64,000 nucleotides of DNA from Azolla caroliniana (lineage: Eukaryota; Plantae; Polypodiophyta). The position numbers and the translations under genes were made by a program. Within the stretch, counting starts at the first letter, position 1. Each line of letters begins with the position of its first letter. The notes under the pieces were generated by a model, which had not been told where the DNA came from, made no database searches, and saw only the letters and a program-made list of their open reading frames with translations. The DNA is taken from assembly GCA_043228905.1 (NCBI GenBank), contig JBHGNT010000006.1, positions 7,750,001 to 7,814,000 of the forward strand. Reading direction: 5' to 3'. Below are positions 52,745 to 64,000 of the stretch, one piece after another.

Positions 52745-54023
52745 ATTATAACTCACAAGAGGTTCTTAAAGCTAATAAAACATAATGTCAAATGACTCTA
52801 CAATTCATTTAAACAGTTAAAATCATAGTTTCAAACTTGATCAATGACAAACTACGAAACCAATACAATTCTATTTTGAAACTAAGCCAACCCCAACCCT
52901 AAAGCAATTTTCGGTTTTGAAACTAGCGGAACGGCATCAATTAGAGTCTGACAATTTAGTGTCGCACTAATATATATTGTTAAGGTTAGTGACTACCCAC
53001 ACAAGCAACTTGTAGTTAACATTAGCCTTTTATTAAGACTTTAAAGTGGAGAGAATATTCAAACAAAGTATATTAGCAACATGTTTATATTATATAGACA
53101 AGATTCTTATGTTGTTTATATTTCCTCCGCTTCAATTATTGTGAAATAATCTAGTATTTTGTATAAATCTTTGTACTAAATATCAAGACTTGAAATCAAG
53201 CCTTCCATTTCAGTTCTTGTAATATATTCTTTAATGTGTATTCAAGTAATTTGAAAAGTTCATGACAATTTGGTAGCATTCATCATGGTGGATATAGCTT
53301 CTACATACAAAAAAATCTGCCTTTAGGAAAATTGATGTTCATGATGATGAAGGTTCTTAATTTTGTGAATGGTTATCACATTGGCATGCCAAACTGGTCA
53401 TATGTAAAGGATTCTAAGGATTGACAGTGCATGCATTTGTATCAATGAAAGACAAGGAAAACCCTTTATCCAATGCTTCAAACTCTCGCCATACAATATA
53501 AGAGCTTACGCCTAAAAACAGAGTTTCTTTGTCATTTAAATTTTAGCATCTCTTGTAGATTGTCATGCCGCATTACTGGTGGGTGTTATTTACCCATTCC
53601 TTTGGCAGTTAGCCATTGTTAGTGACGATTTCAGTTTAAACATCAATTAAGAATACTTCCATAAGGTCATATCCATGAAGAAACCAGAGCATAAGTAACA
53701 CATTACAATACTCAATAGAATGAAGTGAAGTAAATATCATGACAATGAACATATCGAAATTAGTAGAACAAAATTCTGAGCGTTACAAATTACCAAAATC
53801 TACCAAATCAACAATCTTGTGTCTGTTTTGTATGCCTACCAAAACTCAAGAGTAAAGTAAAAGAGGGATTTTTAAGTGATCAAACCTATATATTTTCTTC
53901 CTTGTCCACTATAAAAGCACAAAATTTATATGCCATCAGAATATAAAGAATTAGCCTAAAACAAAATAAATAGTTAGCCAAATGCATCAGCTACCAAATA
54001 AGCTAAAAAATTTAGGTTTTTCT

Positions 54024-56073
54024 TTAATCAGTGAGCTCCATGATGGCAGAAACTATATCTCTGTTCGCTGATCGCAAAGCTAAAACAGCTTTAGATCGTG
54101 AAACACGAGCTTGTGTCATAACAAGTTCAATATCCTTTGGTTCTATACCAGATTCATCTACCTCTTCATCTTCTTCTAGCTCCAAATCACCTGATGGTTC
54201 TATTGTTCTTGTGATTTCATGTGCAAGATCAGGTGCCTTGATTTGCTTAGCAGCTTGTGTTTGTAGCTGAAAGCTTAAATCTTCAATTTTTGCTTCCCCA
54301 AAAACTATGTGAGTGTCTGATGCCAGACTCTTGAATCCATCGGGTTTTGATAATTCAAAGAGCATCTGCAGGATCCAATAAATAACAGTGAGATATTACC
54401 TCCTTTTAATGGTAACTTCATTTATGGACATTCAATATTATTTTATTCCGAAGCTTTTGAATGAGAAGCGCACTTAGAAAATCATGATTCTAATTTCATA
54501 AATCTAACACTCATATTAAGGACAAAAATTTAAATCTTCATAAAATTTGGGAATCTAACTTTTACCAAGCATATATTGGTAGTTTTTCAAAGACACAATG
54601 CACACTTCTGAATTCAAAAATCCACACACACATTTGTCTTAACATGTCTATGTACAGATATATATTACATATACCTGTTTGTATGCATTGCTCAAATATA
54701 TATTGTCATCAGGAGAGATCCGAACATACAGATGCTTTGACAAGTGAGACTCAAGAGGATCAAGAAAAATGATGTTAAATGATTATTGAGGCATCTTTTC
54801 TCAAAAGTTTTATAATTTGACGTAAAAATAGAACTACAAAATTAAACAAACAGTCATGAAAAAGTTACTCCATTTTATTCGGGTGAAATGTAGTATCGAA
54901 TTTAGATACTTCAAATTCTTTCATGGTCTAACACCATACCTGTTTAAATATCATAATGGTTTAATACCATAAAAGATGATATCATGGTCTAATACCATAA
55001 CAATCAGTACAAGGCAATTACAGATTTAAAGATTCCAAGTAAACTCTACTGTTTCTAAATTTGTGTAAATAGATTAAGAAGTCATTAGAAGTCTGTGTAA
55101 TTATGCAACGGAAATGGTATAGAATGGGTTTATCAGTTTTAAGTAGCTTGATCAATTGATTAAAATTTCAAACAATTTCCTGTGAGTGACAGAGAGACTC
55201 AAGTTTCTTCAATTGAGAGCAAATTCTGTGCAAGCCACAGGTAAGGAAGCAAGATAGTGCAAGAACATGATCTAAAACCCCCACAAGTGAATATAATAAT
55301 CTCATAATTGATTTCATCGGTTCAGGCATTTCCATAACAGTCTATATTAAGTCGAATTTGCCTTCTCAATTGTAGTAAAGACCAAAAATTCTCTGCTAGA
55401 TACAATTCTAACTACCTTCAGCAACATGAGATGAATTAAAACTGTGTACACATGGGAAGTCCTAAATAAGGTGCCACGTTGGCTGATTTAATGCCGAAAG
55501 CAAAAACAGTTATGTTTCGTTTGACATCCAAAACACAAACACCTGTGCATAAAAAGCAAGAGGCAGATTCGGTCTTTTTCCCAGAGAAAGAGAAAAGCAA
55601 ATATCTAGCAGAATCATTACAAACAAAAACGAAACAAGAAAATGCAAAAGAGGTTGTTGGCCGCGGCTAGAATCAAAGAGCAAATGGCAAAAGAGTGAAA
55701 GAAAATGCTAAGTGTTCGATTCTGAAAAAGAATATGATTCTTGTTATAAAAGAAAACTTACTTGGAGAGACAAGACAACAAAAAAAAAAGGGGGAGCAAA
55801 GTCTCGCGGGCAATAAAAAGAAGTTCTAAATTCTTCTATCGTGGAAGTGAGGGGCAGGAACCAGGTCGAAAGGAGAGAACAAAGACGAAGGAAACATACA
55901 TTGCATGCATGGAAGCTGAAGTATTGAGGAAGAAAAGGGAGCTTTCGATAAATCTATCTCAGAGAGGGAGGGGAAGAAAGGAGTTTTGGAGAGAGGGTAG
56001 GTACCATGAGCGTCTGATATCGGAGCTCTGCGGAGATATCTGCGGAGATATCTGCTGCGTTTCCGACGGTCAT
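54024..56073 (-). pseudogene. Nascent polypeptide-associated complex alpha subunit (NAC-alpha), damaged or internally truncated
   Basis: Intact last exon 54365-54024 after a CTGCAG acceptor (SKPD.FKS..SDT.IVFGEAKIEDLS; UBA domain GIEPKDIELVMTQARVSRSKAV..AIMELT). Candidate exon 1 is 56073-56005. The preceding NAC-domain exon is present only as broken sequence (KLRNKIILNV / VTIKRR*) at ~54395-54470. Confidence 0.75.
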
Positions 56074-56090
56074 CTCTGCAGTCGATGATC
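55170..56090. repeat. Segmental duplication copy A (paralogous to 63078-64000)
   Basis: Colinear from AACAA(T/C)TTCCTGTGAGTGAC to ATCTCTGCAGTCGAT; the ORF track shows matching peptides (55479 vs 63387). Confidence 0.93.
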
Positions 56091-56372
56091 GATCAGAGAC
56101 GGAGGAAGCGGACGGCAGAAGAAGAAGACGAAGACGAAGAAGAAGAAGAAATAGACAGGCAAAAACGCAAAACGCAAAACGCAAAACGCTTTACATTCAC
56201 ACACACACACATATGTATGTATATATATGTATGATATATCTATATATAGAGGTTCAATCTTGACCGTCCGATTCAACCCCTGACTTCCCATCCCCACCGC
56301 TCGCTCACCCTTCTCTCCTTCTTCCTTCCTCTCTTTCATTCAAACATATGATAGAATCAAGGGAAAAGTATG

Positions 56373-56580
56373 GGATGCCCTGGAAGTTTCAAATTTACCA
56401 AACTACCCCTATGTCCAAAAAATTACACTTTATAAAGTAATTATACACTCAAATCTACAAGCCCTATTTACCAAAAATGAAAGAAATGGACCCGAACTAG
56501 CTCTATTTATCATAGGGGTAGTTTGGTAAATTTAGAACTTCCAGAGGCATTCTGGTAAATAGATGAACTTCCAGGGGTAT
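56373..56580. mobile_element. MITE-like inverted repeat upstream of NAC-alpha exon 1
   Basis: ATGCCCTGGAAGTTTCAAATTTACCAAACTACCCCTATG (56375-56413) is nearly reverse-complementary to 56511-56550; a third partial arm lies at ~56554-56580. Confidence 0.6.
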
Positions 56581-57099
56581 GCTGCACTTGAATACGAGAG
56601 ATATATATATAGAAGATAGCCCAATTGGAACTCTCGAACCCAACGCCTCTTAAAGATTACTCGTCTAATAACTTACCACTAGGATAAGGTAATTGCAAGA
56701 AGAAGAAGAAGAAGAAGAAGAAGAAGAAGACCCCTTCTTGATTGGCTTACCATGGTCGATCTATGAGAGTCTCAAATTTATGATATATATACATCTCTTT
56801 TAAACGTCCGCAAGAGATCGATTCCAATCTATGGAACACTGCCTAGGCCATGGTGAGGTTCAAACTTGGTTTCTCTTGGTTTAATGACTTTGACGCGACG
56901 ATGTACATCACCAAGCCAACCACGAAATAGAGAGACATGAGTAATGGTTAGTCTCTCATTCTCTATTGATCATTATCAAGGGTCATCATTTTTTTTTTCT
57001 TTTTAAAAATAAATAAATAAAGATTCACCTTAGTACTAATGGAAAGATGCCCAAAGTGTACAACGAATTCGTAGAGTAATTTATTATAACTCTCATACC

Positions 57100-58760
57100 C
57101 ACATCAACCAACATGTCGAGTATCAAAAGCCCTCATGTATGGTCCTTCCAAGACAAGGAGGCCGGAAAAAGCCATCTTGGAGGAGCAAATCTCCACTTTA
57201 TTCTCCTCCAAAAGAAGTGAAGACCTCTGCCTTTTTCCAAATTTCTCGAAATTATTTTTGTTTACGAATCACAGCATCAGGCTCACCAGTTATTGTGTCA
57301 TATTGACCTCTTACTGAGTATGTAGGAGCATTAACCATATCTCCTTGAATAACTCAACCGCATCCTGTTTGACTTTCTTACATACACATTTACATCTAGC
57401 CTTCCACAATACCCAAACTATGAAAGAAGATATCAAAGACAAGACCTTGTCCCCTTCCAAACAACAAATTGTTGTAGTATAACCTCCAATACATGTCTTT
57501 CATCAAAGTATCAAGGGCCATCATTTATGGGTTCCCATCCCACTTACCTTACATGATTTCCATATAAACCTCCTAATTGGGGAGAGGAGCGTGTTTCTCT
57601 TCATTACAACATTTCAAGGTCAAGGTCCTTCGAATTCCGATGTTTTACATGTTCTCTTCTTTATTGTAAATGCCATGAAAGCTCTCATCTCAAGGTGCTT
57701 AGAAATTGGGGTTGTTTACAAACTCTTGCCTTTCCAACCATTCACTTGAAGGTCCATGAATCCAACCCTTCTAAATCAGAAACGAAGGTTGCTAAGATGC
57801 AAAAAGAGATTATGTTCACCTTAACCAACATGGCGTAAAACCAAGTTTCAAATATCAATTTCAAACCCATGGCTAAATTATGGATCATCATGAAAGTTGT
57901 ACAAAAGATAGATATAGCAGTAAGAATCGTCAAACCTAGTCCAATTTAAAAAATGTTGTACATATATGGAGAACCATTCTTTGAAAACATTGTCCCAATT
58001 TACCAAGACATCATGGTTTTCTTCCAAGCTGTCTTGATGCACATATCATAATATTTGTTGTCTTGGAAGATATCAAAGTGCTTGAATTTATCACGACAAG
58101 GATTTCTTTAATCAAATATTGCCTATTAATCACCCTTGGGTGGTTTAGAAACAAATTTTTCTTAATCTTAGTTAAAAGGGCGACAATCAAAATCCACGAC
58201 CTCATTATGGCCAACAAATTTAAATCTTGTAATTTGATGTGTTGTGAGGAGTGTACAACTTGAAGTGAACTTAGAATCAACGTAGTCAAGCTCCTCACAC
58301 TATTCTTCAAGTCAATAAATTCTGGATCTTTTGAAACATGAACATTCTCCTTAGGAAGCTCCATTTTTTTATAGAACCATTAATCGTAGGATTTGAACTT
58401 TCAAATATCAATTCAAAGCATGGCTAAATTATAGATCACAGTGAAAGTAGTATAAAAGATAGATATAGTAGCAAGCATCATTAAACTTGGTCCAATTTAA
58501 ACAATGTTGTACATACACAGAGAGCCACCCTTCGAAAACACATTCCAACCTCACCAAAACTTCATTGGGATTGGATATGTAGGTAACATGGGATGAACAC
58601 ACGTAAATCAAGATAAAGTAAGGATGGGCGTACGAGTTTGTTTGCAACCAAATATTAAAATAGTCTTGGTGAGGGAATCGCGGTCACGGACAATGTGGGA
58701 ATGGCTTCAATAATCCATTAAATCTACACCATCCGGATCATTATCCACAAAAAGCATGCA
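57100..58760 (-). mobile_element. Decayed LINE ORF2 remnant
   Basis: The minus strand gives ISSFIVWVLWKARCKCV (~57380-57435; zf-RVT-adjacent motif) plus multiple broken RT-region ORFs (57742-58647). Boundaries approximate. Confidence 0.5.
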
Positions 58761-58770
58761 CCCATTCCTA

Positions 58771-58925
58771 ACTCCATTGTATCTAGCCTTTGTCACATCT
58801 AACCCATGTTTGTCTTGCCTCTATCATGTCTATCCCCAATTTGTCATGCCGCTATCACGTCTAACCTTGGTATGTCTTGCCTTTGTCACGTCTTAACCCC
58901 ATTGTGTCCTACCTCTGTCACGTCT
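58771..58925. repeat. Degenerate ~32-bp minisatellite (about 5 units)
   Basis: Repeated TCTAACCC..TGT.TGTCTTGCCT.TGTCAC(G/A)TC-like units. Confidence 0.7.
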
Positions 58926-59499
58926 ACTTGAGCCAATGAATCTTCAAACCTAGCCTCTAGTTTATTGTGCATTCATCTATATTGTTGGTTCTACGTTTTG
59001 CAGTGCAACCTCTCTAGATGAGCATGACATACTCTTAACAAAATTACATCAATGCTTGAGTGATACATATATGTATATGCATGAGTGATTTACCAGATGT
59101 GTTGATGAGTTGTTCAAGAATCTGAATTATGTTGCAAGTCACGGTTTTATCTTCAAATGCTACTAGAGTTTTCAAAAGCTACCACAATTTCATATACTTA
59201 CATTATTGGAAGCAATGTAATCCATTCCACATACATACATACATCTTAGTCCAGCTTTGCTATCTCAGATTTACCCTAACATATCTTTAAGACACTAGTG
59301 CCATTTATTCTTGCTCCATTTATTATGTGCAGAAATCAAATAACATATATTCCAACCACCAGTCCACATGTATTCAAAAGACCACATATATTCAGAAGAG
59401 AGCATATATTCAAGATTTCATCACCAATCAAAATTTCTAGAGTTGTGTATGTTAAAAGACTACCATATTCAAGAGTTGCATATGTAAAGTATGCTCAAA

Positions 59500-60390
59500 T
59501 TGACCTAAACGGCTACCATATGTTGTAACTGTGAAGTGCATGCATGATCCACTAAAATATTGCAATGAAGGAATTTGTATCAAAACTGTTCATAACAACA
59601 TCATGATTCATCATGGAAATCTTTGGCCTTTTTATGTGCCCTCATGTTTCCACAAGCATCACAAGGCAAAACACCATGAGCTTCTTCAAGTGAGCCACCT
59701 TCTTGAGCAATTTCTACATGTACAGTCCATTTATCTAATGCCTCTAAGATTGTACACGCTCTGAAACCAGCAACTAATGTTGCTAAAGTTAAAGATAAAC
59801 CATCTTGTTGCATTTTCTTAAAACCATGCAAGACTTGCTCACCTAGACCATGTTTACCATATCTTGTAAGAAGAGCACTCCAAGAGACAACATCTCAAAC
59901 ATGCAAAAAATCAAATATATATGCATATATTCAATTAAGCCACATTTACAATACTTGTCAAATATGAAAAATTAGAATATTCATTGCATTACTCTCCAGT
60001 TGCATAATCTTCACGACACATATCCCATTGCAATGAAATGTGGTATTTCCTAGAAGCCATCCACCCATGTCGCCATCCACCCATCCTCATCCTATTCTTA
60101 AAGAAGCCAAATGTTTTCTGCTAGAGTTTAAACCAGTTGCAAAATCTACACACCGGATCAGACAACTAATGATATGATTGACATATTGGTGCATGTCATG
60201 TTTTTGCTCCACAAGTAACCAAGGCCAAAAAAACCATTCTCTCAGATAGATGTTTTTCACAAGTATATATGAAGAGAATGAGCATGTACAATATATTGGC
60301 ATGTCCATTCACGCCATGTGAATCCAACCGATGAAAAGACACAACATCCAAATACATTGTCATACTGTTGCAAGCTCTGCATGACATCAC
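59500..60390 (-). pseudogene. PPR pseudogene fragment
   Basis: Minus strand ~59895-59750 reads DVVSWSALLTRYGKHGLGEQVLHGFKKMQQDGLSLTLATLVAGFRAC (P-L motifs); surrounding sequence has stops and frameshifts. Confidence 0.65.
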
Positions 60391-60831
60391 ATGCTAGGGT
60401 TGGTAAATCAGAAAGAAGAAATTACATGACATAATCTTTCTACACATCTATCAACTCACAAACGAATTTGGGTCAGATAAATAAAGCTAGGTTCTGTCAA
60501 ACTACCATATATTATGGACATAGAGTTTCATACATTATGGAACTTCATTCTTCTGACGAGGGATATATGAGTGACAAAATCTATGATCACCTGAGATCAT
60601 TGCCGCAAATTTCGCTACAATAAGAGTACAAGGGAAAAACACAGAATCATATTGCTCCACCGACAGGCAGCAAATTGTGTTTTTCATGAGCTACAATCAT
60701 GAACACATGTATTAGATTTTTCAGACAAAAACCCTCAATATGATATTCAAATCTTAATGGATCCAAAGCTTTACACATTCCATCACAGAATGCCTCGAGA
60801 TTTAAATCATACTTGAGTTGTGGAGATTTTA

Positions 60832-63800
60832 TCACTCTTCAGGTGGTTGTGAAGTGCCCGTAGCATCCCTTTTGAGAATCTCGAACGCAGTGTTAAATGT
60901 TCCATTCGTGGGCTTATTGCAAACAAAACAATGTTTGTTCCTTGAATGATGCTGCAAATAAGAATACATTTAGATATTTATTCACTCAATTACTACATTG
61001 ACTGTTCAAAAACTTAAAAATCAAATATGAAATAAATACCCTTAATGCACAATGCTCGCAGAAATAATGTTTGCAAGCGGTGACAACAGGATCCCTGAAT
61101 GGTTTGCGGCAGATAAAGCAAGCAAATGGCAGATCATCATCATCTTCTTCTTCATCGTCCTTGACATTTTCATCATCTTGTGCTGATCCAGCTGCCAATC
61201 TAGCCTTCTTCAATTTCTCATTTTCATCCCATTCTCTATCCATCTGCCAACCGGATTTATAATCTCCCCGATCATGCATAAACTTACAAGAATCTCCGTA
61301 TCCACAGTACCCAGTCTCCTTGTAGTCCTTGCATATATCTGGCTGATAATCAAATCTTACTGACCATCTGATGTGGGCAGAAGACCTAAGAGGTCCATGT
61401 GCACCTCCAGCTTTCTCACTTGCTATAGTATGTTCTCTTCTAAACCCAGCTTTGTGGTCAACATAACCATGGATACCTTTGTAAAGTTTCTCATCCTGAG
61501 ATTTATTTCCCTTCAGAGCCTGGTCTGCTTGTTTTAATACCCTTTCCCTAATTGCACGGGCATCCTTGTCAAATTCTGTCTCAGTCTCCAACGTGGCAGT
61601 TGCTCTACTATCAGTCTGAGTTTGTATCTGTCTTGATGACTCATAAAAGAAGGTTTTCTTCTCTTGGCTGTCTTTCTCCTTCTCTGGGTTATGCGAGGAA
61701 AATCCAAGACCTCCATCACCCTTTCTACCAAACTTTGACTTCTGAATTATAGCAGACGTTGAGTCGTTATCATTTCCCTCTTCTGCTGTTGTACGCTTTC
61801 TCAAATTCTTGTTGCCTTTTCTTTTGACAAATAAACCTACAGTAACTCTTCCATGTTAGAATTTTTTATACAGATGAAGTACAAACTGTTAAGACATTAA
61901 CAGAATCATCTGTCTGAAAAGCATAAGTACAAGTATTGAACATCCTTTGCTTTCTTCCATCATGTTATAGTAAAGCTTAAAGAAAGCAAAATAAAATAGA
62001 CGCAATAATTTCTCTCCTATCAAATACTTACACCTTAACTGAGTCTTCAGCCTCCTCTTATATTAGATAATCATACCATGTCAACTGAGTCTTAACCTTC
62101 CCCTTATCTCATATAATCATCCTACAACACCACATGTAAGACTTCGCAGGATTTTTACTCTACACAATAATACACCATATAATATTATCTCTGGACAGAC
62201 AACTAAAATATTACCTCATATACATGCTTATTTAAGCCTCACCCGCTTCCCACCTGCATGTTAATCACCGCATCTTAAAGTTATCCTCCAGGTACATATT
62301 CCTATATAAATGATAAGCTTCCCATCTTTAAAGCTCTCTTTCAATTGTAGACTTGCACCAAAATCATCCACCCTTAAACCTCTCCTCCGGGGCTTCCTAT
62401 ATAGAAGATAATCATTCCATCTTCATATCTCTCCTTCACTCGCACTTCATACGATAATCATCTGAAGCCCAAAAGTTCATTCAAACCATATGATTATTGG
62501 CGGTCTTATTTCTACAGCTTGACCTCAACACGGCTTGAGACTCAGTTAACAACACAACTATATAGCACACTAAAAGCAAAAAGAGAAATTCTCTTGCATA
62601 ATATGGCATATTCATGATAATCTGCACCATTCTTTAGGTCAACAAAAGTACAATATCTATAAGAAATTTGACAATTCAACAGTCACTTTGAAATTACTAC
62701 CAGCTAAGGCAGGGTCTATCAATATTATTATAATGGCATCTTACCTCAACCTTTTTTATCAGTCACAAAAGTCATCCATGAATGAGATGAAAGAAAGCTG
62801 GAATGACTAATCTATAACTTCAGTGACAAGATCTCATGGAATCCACTTTAAAAAGCTTCCTAAGAGTACACAAGAAAAAAAGTGAATGCACACACAATGC
62901 CATACATCATAAACCCAGAAGATTGTAAAAAAAAGAGCAGAAATATATGTTGCGAGACTTACTTCCACTCTCTTCTGAATTGACTGTTGGATCCGGTACA
63001 AGTTGTTTAGCTTCAGTTGTTTTCTGAGGGCAAAATTTTGTACACATCACCATCATAGTTTACAGCACAAACAAAATAAACAACTTCCTGTGAGTGACAC
63101 AGAGACTCAAGTTTCCTCAATTGAGAGCAAATTCTGTGCAAGCCACAGGTAAGGAAGCAAGACAGTGCAAGAACATGATCTAAAACCCCCACAAGTGAAT
63201 ATAATAATCTCATAATTGATTTCATCGGTTCAGGCATTTCCATAACAGTTTATATTAAGTTGAATTTGCCTTCTCAATTGTAGTAAAGACCAAAACTTCT
63301 CTGCTAGCTACAATTCTAACTACCTTCAGCAACATGACATGAATTAAAACTATGTACACATGGGAAGTCCTAAATAAAGTGCCACATTGGCTGATTCAAT
63401 GCCGAAAGCAAGAACAGTTATGTTTCTTTTGGCATCCAAAGCACAAACACATGTGTATAAAAAGCAAGAGGTAGATTTGGTCTTTTTCCCAGAGAAAGAA
63501 AAAAGCAAATCTCTAGCACAATCATTACAAACGAAAACGAAAAAACAAAATGCAAAAGAGGTTCTTGGCTGCGGCTGAATCAAAGAGCAAAAAATAAAAC
63601 GAAGCAAATGGCAAAGAGTGAAAGAAAATGCTAAGTGTTCGATTCTGAATTTAAAGAATATGTTTCTTATTAGAAAAAATAAAAGAAAACTTACTTGGAG
63701 CAACAGACAACAAAAAAGGAGAACAACGTCTCACTGGCAATAAAAAGAAGTTCTGAATTCTTCTATCAGGGAAGTGAGGGGCAGGAATGAGGAAGAAAGG

Positions 63801-63984
63801 AGAGAGCAAAGATGAAGAAAACATACATTGCATGCATGGAAGCTGATTTATGACAAAGAAAAGGAAGCTTTCGATACCTCTATCTCAGAAAGGGAGGGGA
63901 GAGGAGCTTTCGAGAGAGGGTAGGTACCTTGAGCTTCTGATATCGGAGCTCTGCGAAGATATCTGCTGCGTTTCCAACGATCAT
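60832..63984 (-). CDS. CWC24: CWC24/RNF113A-like spliceosomal CCCH zinc finger + RING protein (plant C3H1 type), 344 aa
   Basis: Exons (minus): 63984-63928, 63023-62963, 61836-61040, 60951-60832 = 1035 nt in frame. Motifs [51 protein letters not shown] and [52 protein letters not shown]. The last two exons are certain; exons 1-2 are inferred from splice sites and phase. Confidence 0.9.
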
Positions 63985-64000
63985 CTCTGCAGTCGATTGA
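63078..64000. repeat. Segmental duplication copy B (paralogous to 55170-56090); runs off the window end
   Basis: Colinear with copy A; contains the putative CWC24 exon 1 and most of intron 1. Confidence 0.93.

Overview
AT-rich, intron-containing eukaryotic nuclear DNA from a land plant. The TE-filled introns, PLS-class PPR and very long euANT gene are consistent with a fern, but that is inference. Spliced models read by hand from GT-AG boundaries and frame continuity give, in order: (1) the 3' half of a REN1/ROPGAP7-type RhoGAP gene (+, to 8966), with a solo LTR and a decayed LINE in one intron; (2) a decayed 18S rDNA fragment and LTR-retrotransposon debris (9.6-16.7 kb); (3) a complete PRP4/LACHESIS U4/U6 snRNP WD40 gene (+); (4) a ~983 bp tandem duplication; (5) a 9-exon euANT/BABY BOOM-like double-AP2 transcription factor of ~1412 aa, with a 9-nt micro-exon and large homopeptide tracts (-); (6) a PLS-class PPR gene followed by a frameshifted DYW-deaminase relic (+); (7) a copia-like solo LTR with a perfect TSD; (8) a damaged NAC-alpha gene (-); (9) LINE and PPR remnants; (10) a complete CWC24/RNF113 CCCH-RING gene (-). 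The most unusual observation is that CWC24 and the NAC-alpha remnant share a duplicated >900 bp block carrying the same first coding exon and first intron, so one of them is a chimera that acquired the other's 5' end. I see no convincing evidence of a wholly new multi-gene system. The notable signals are gene-evolution events: exon-1 capture, DYW loss, euANT expansion and rDNA capture.
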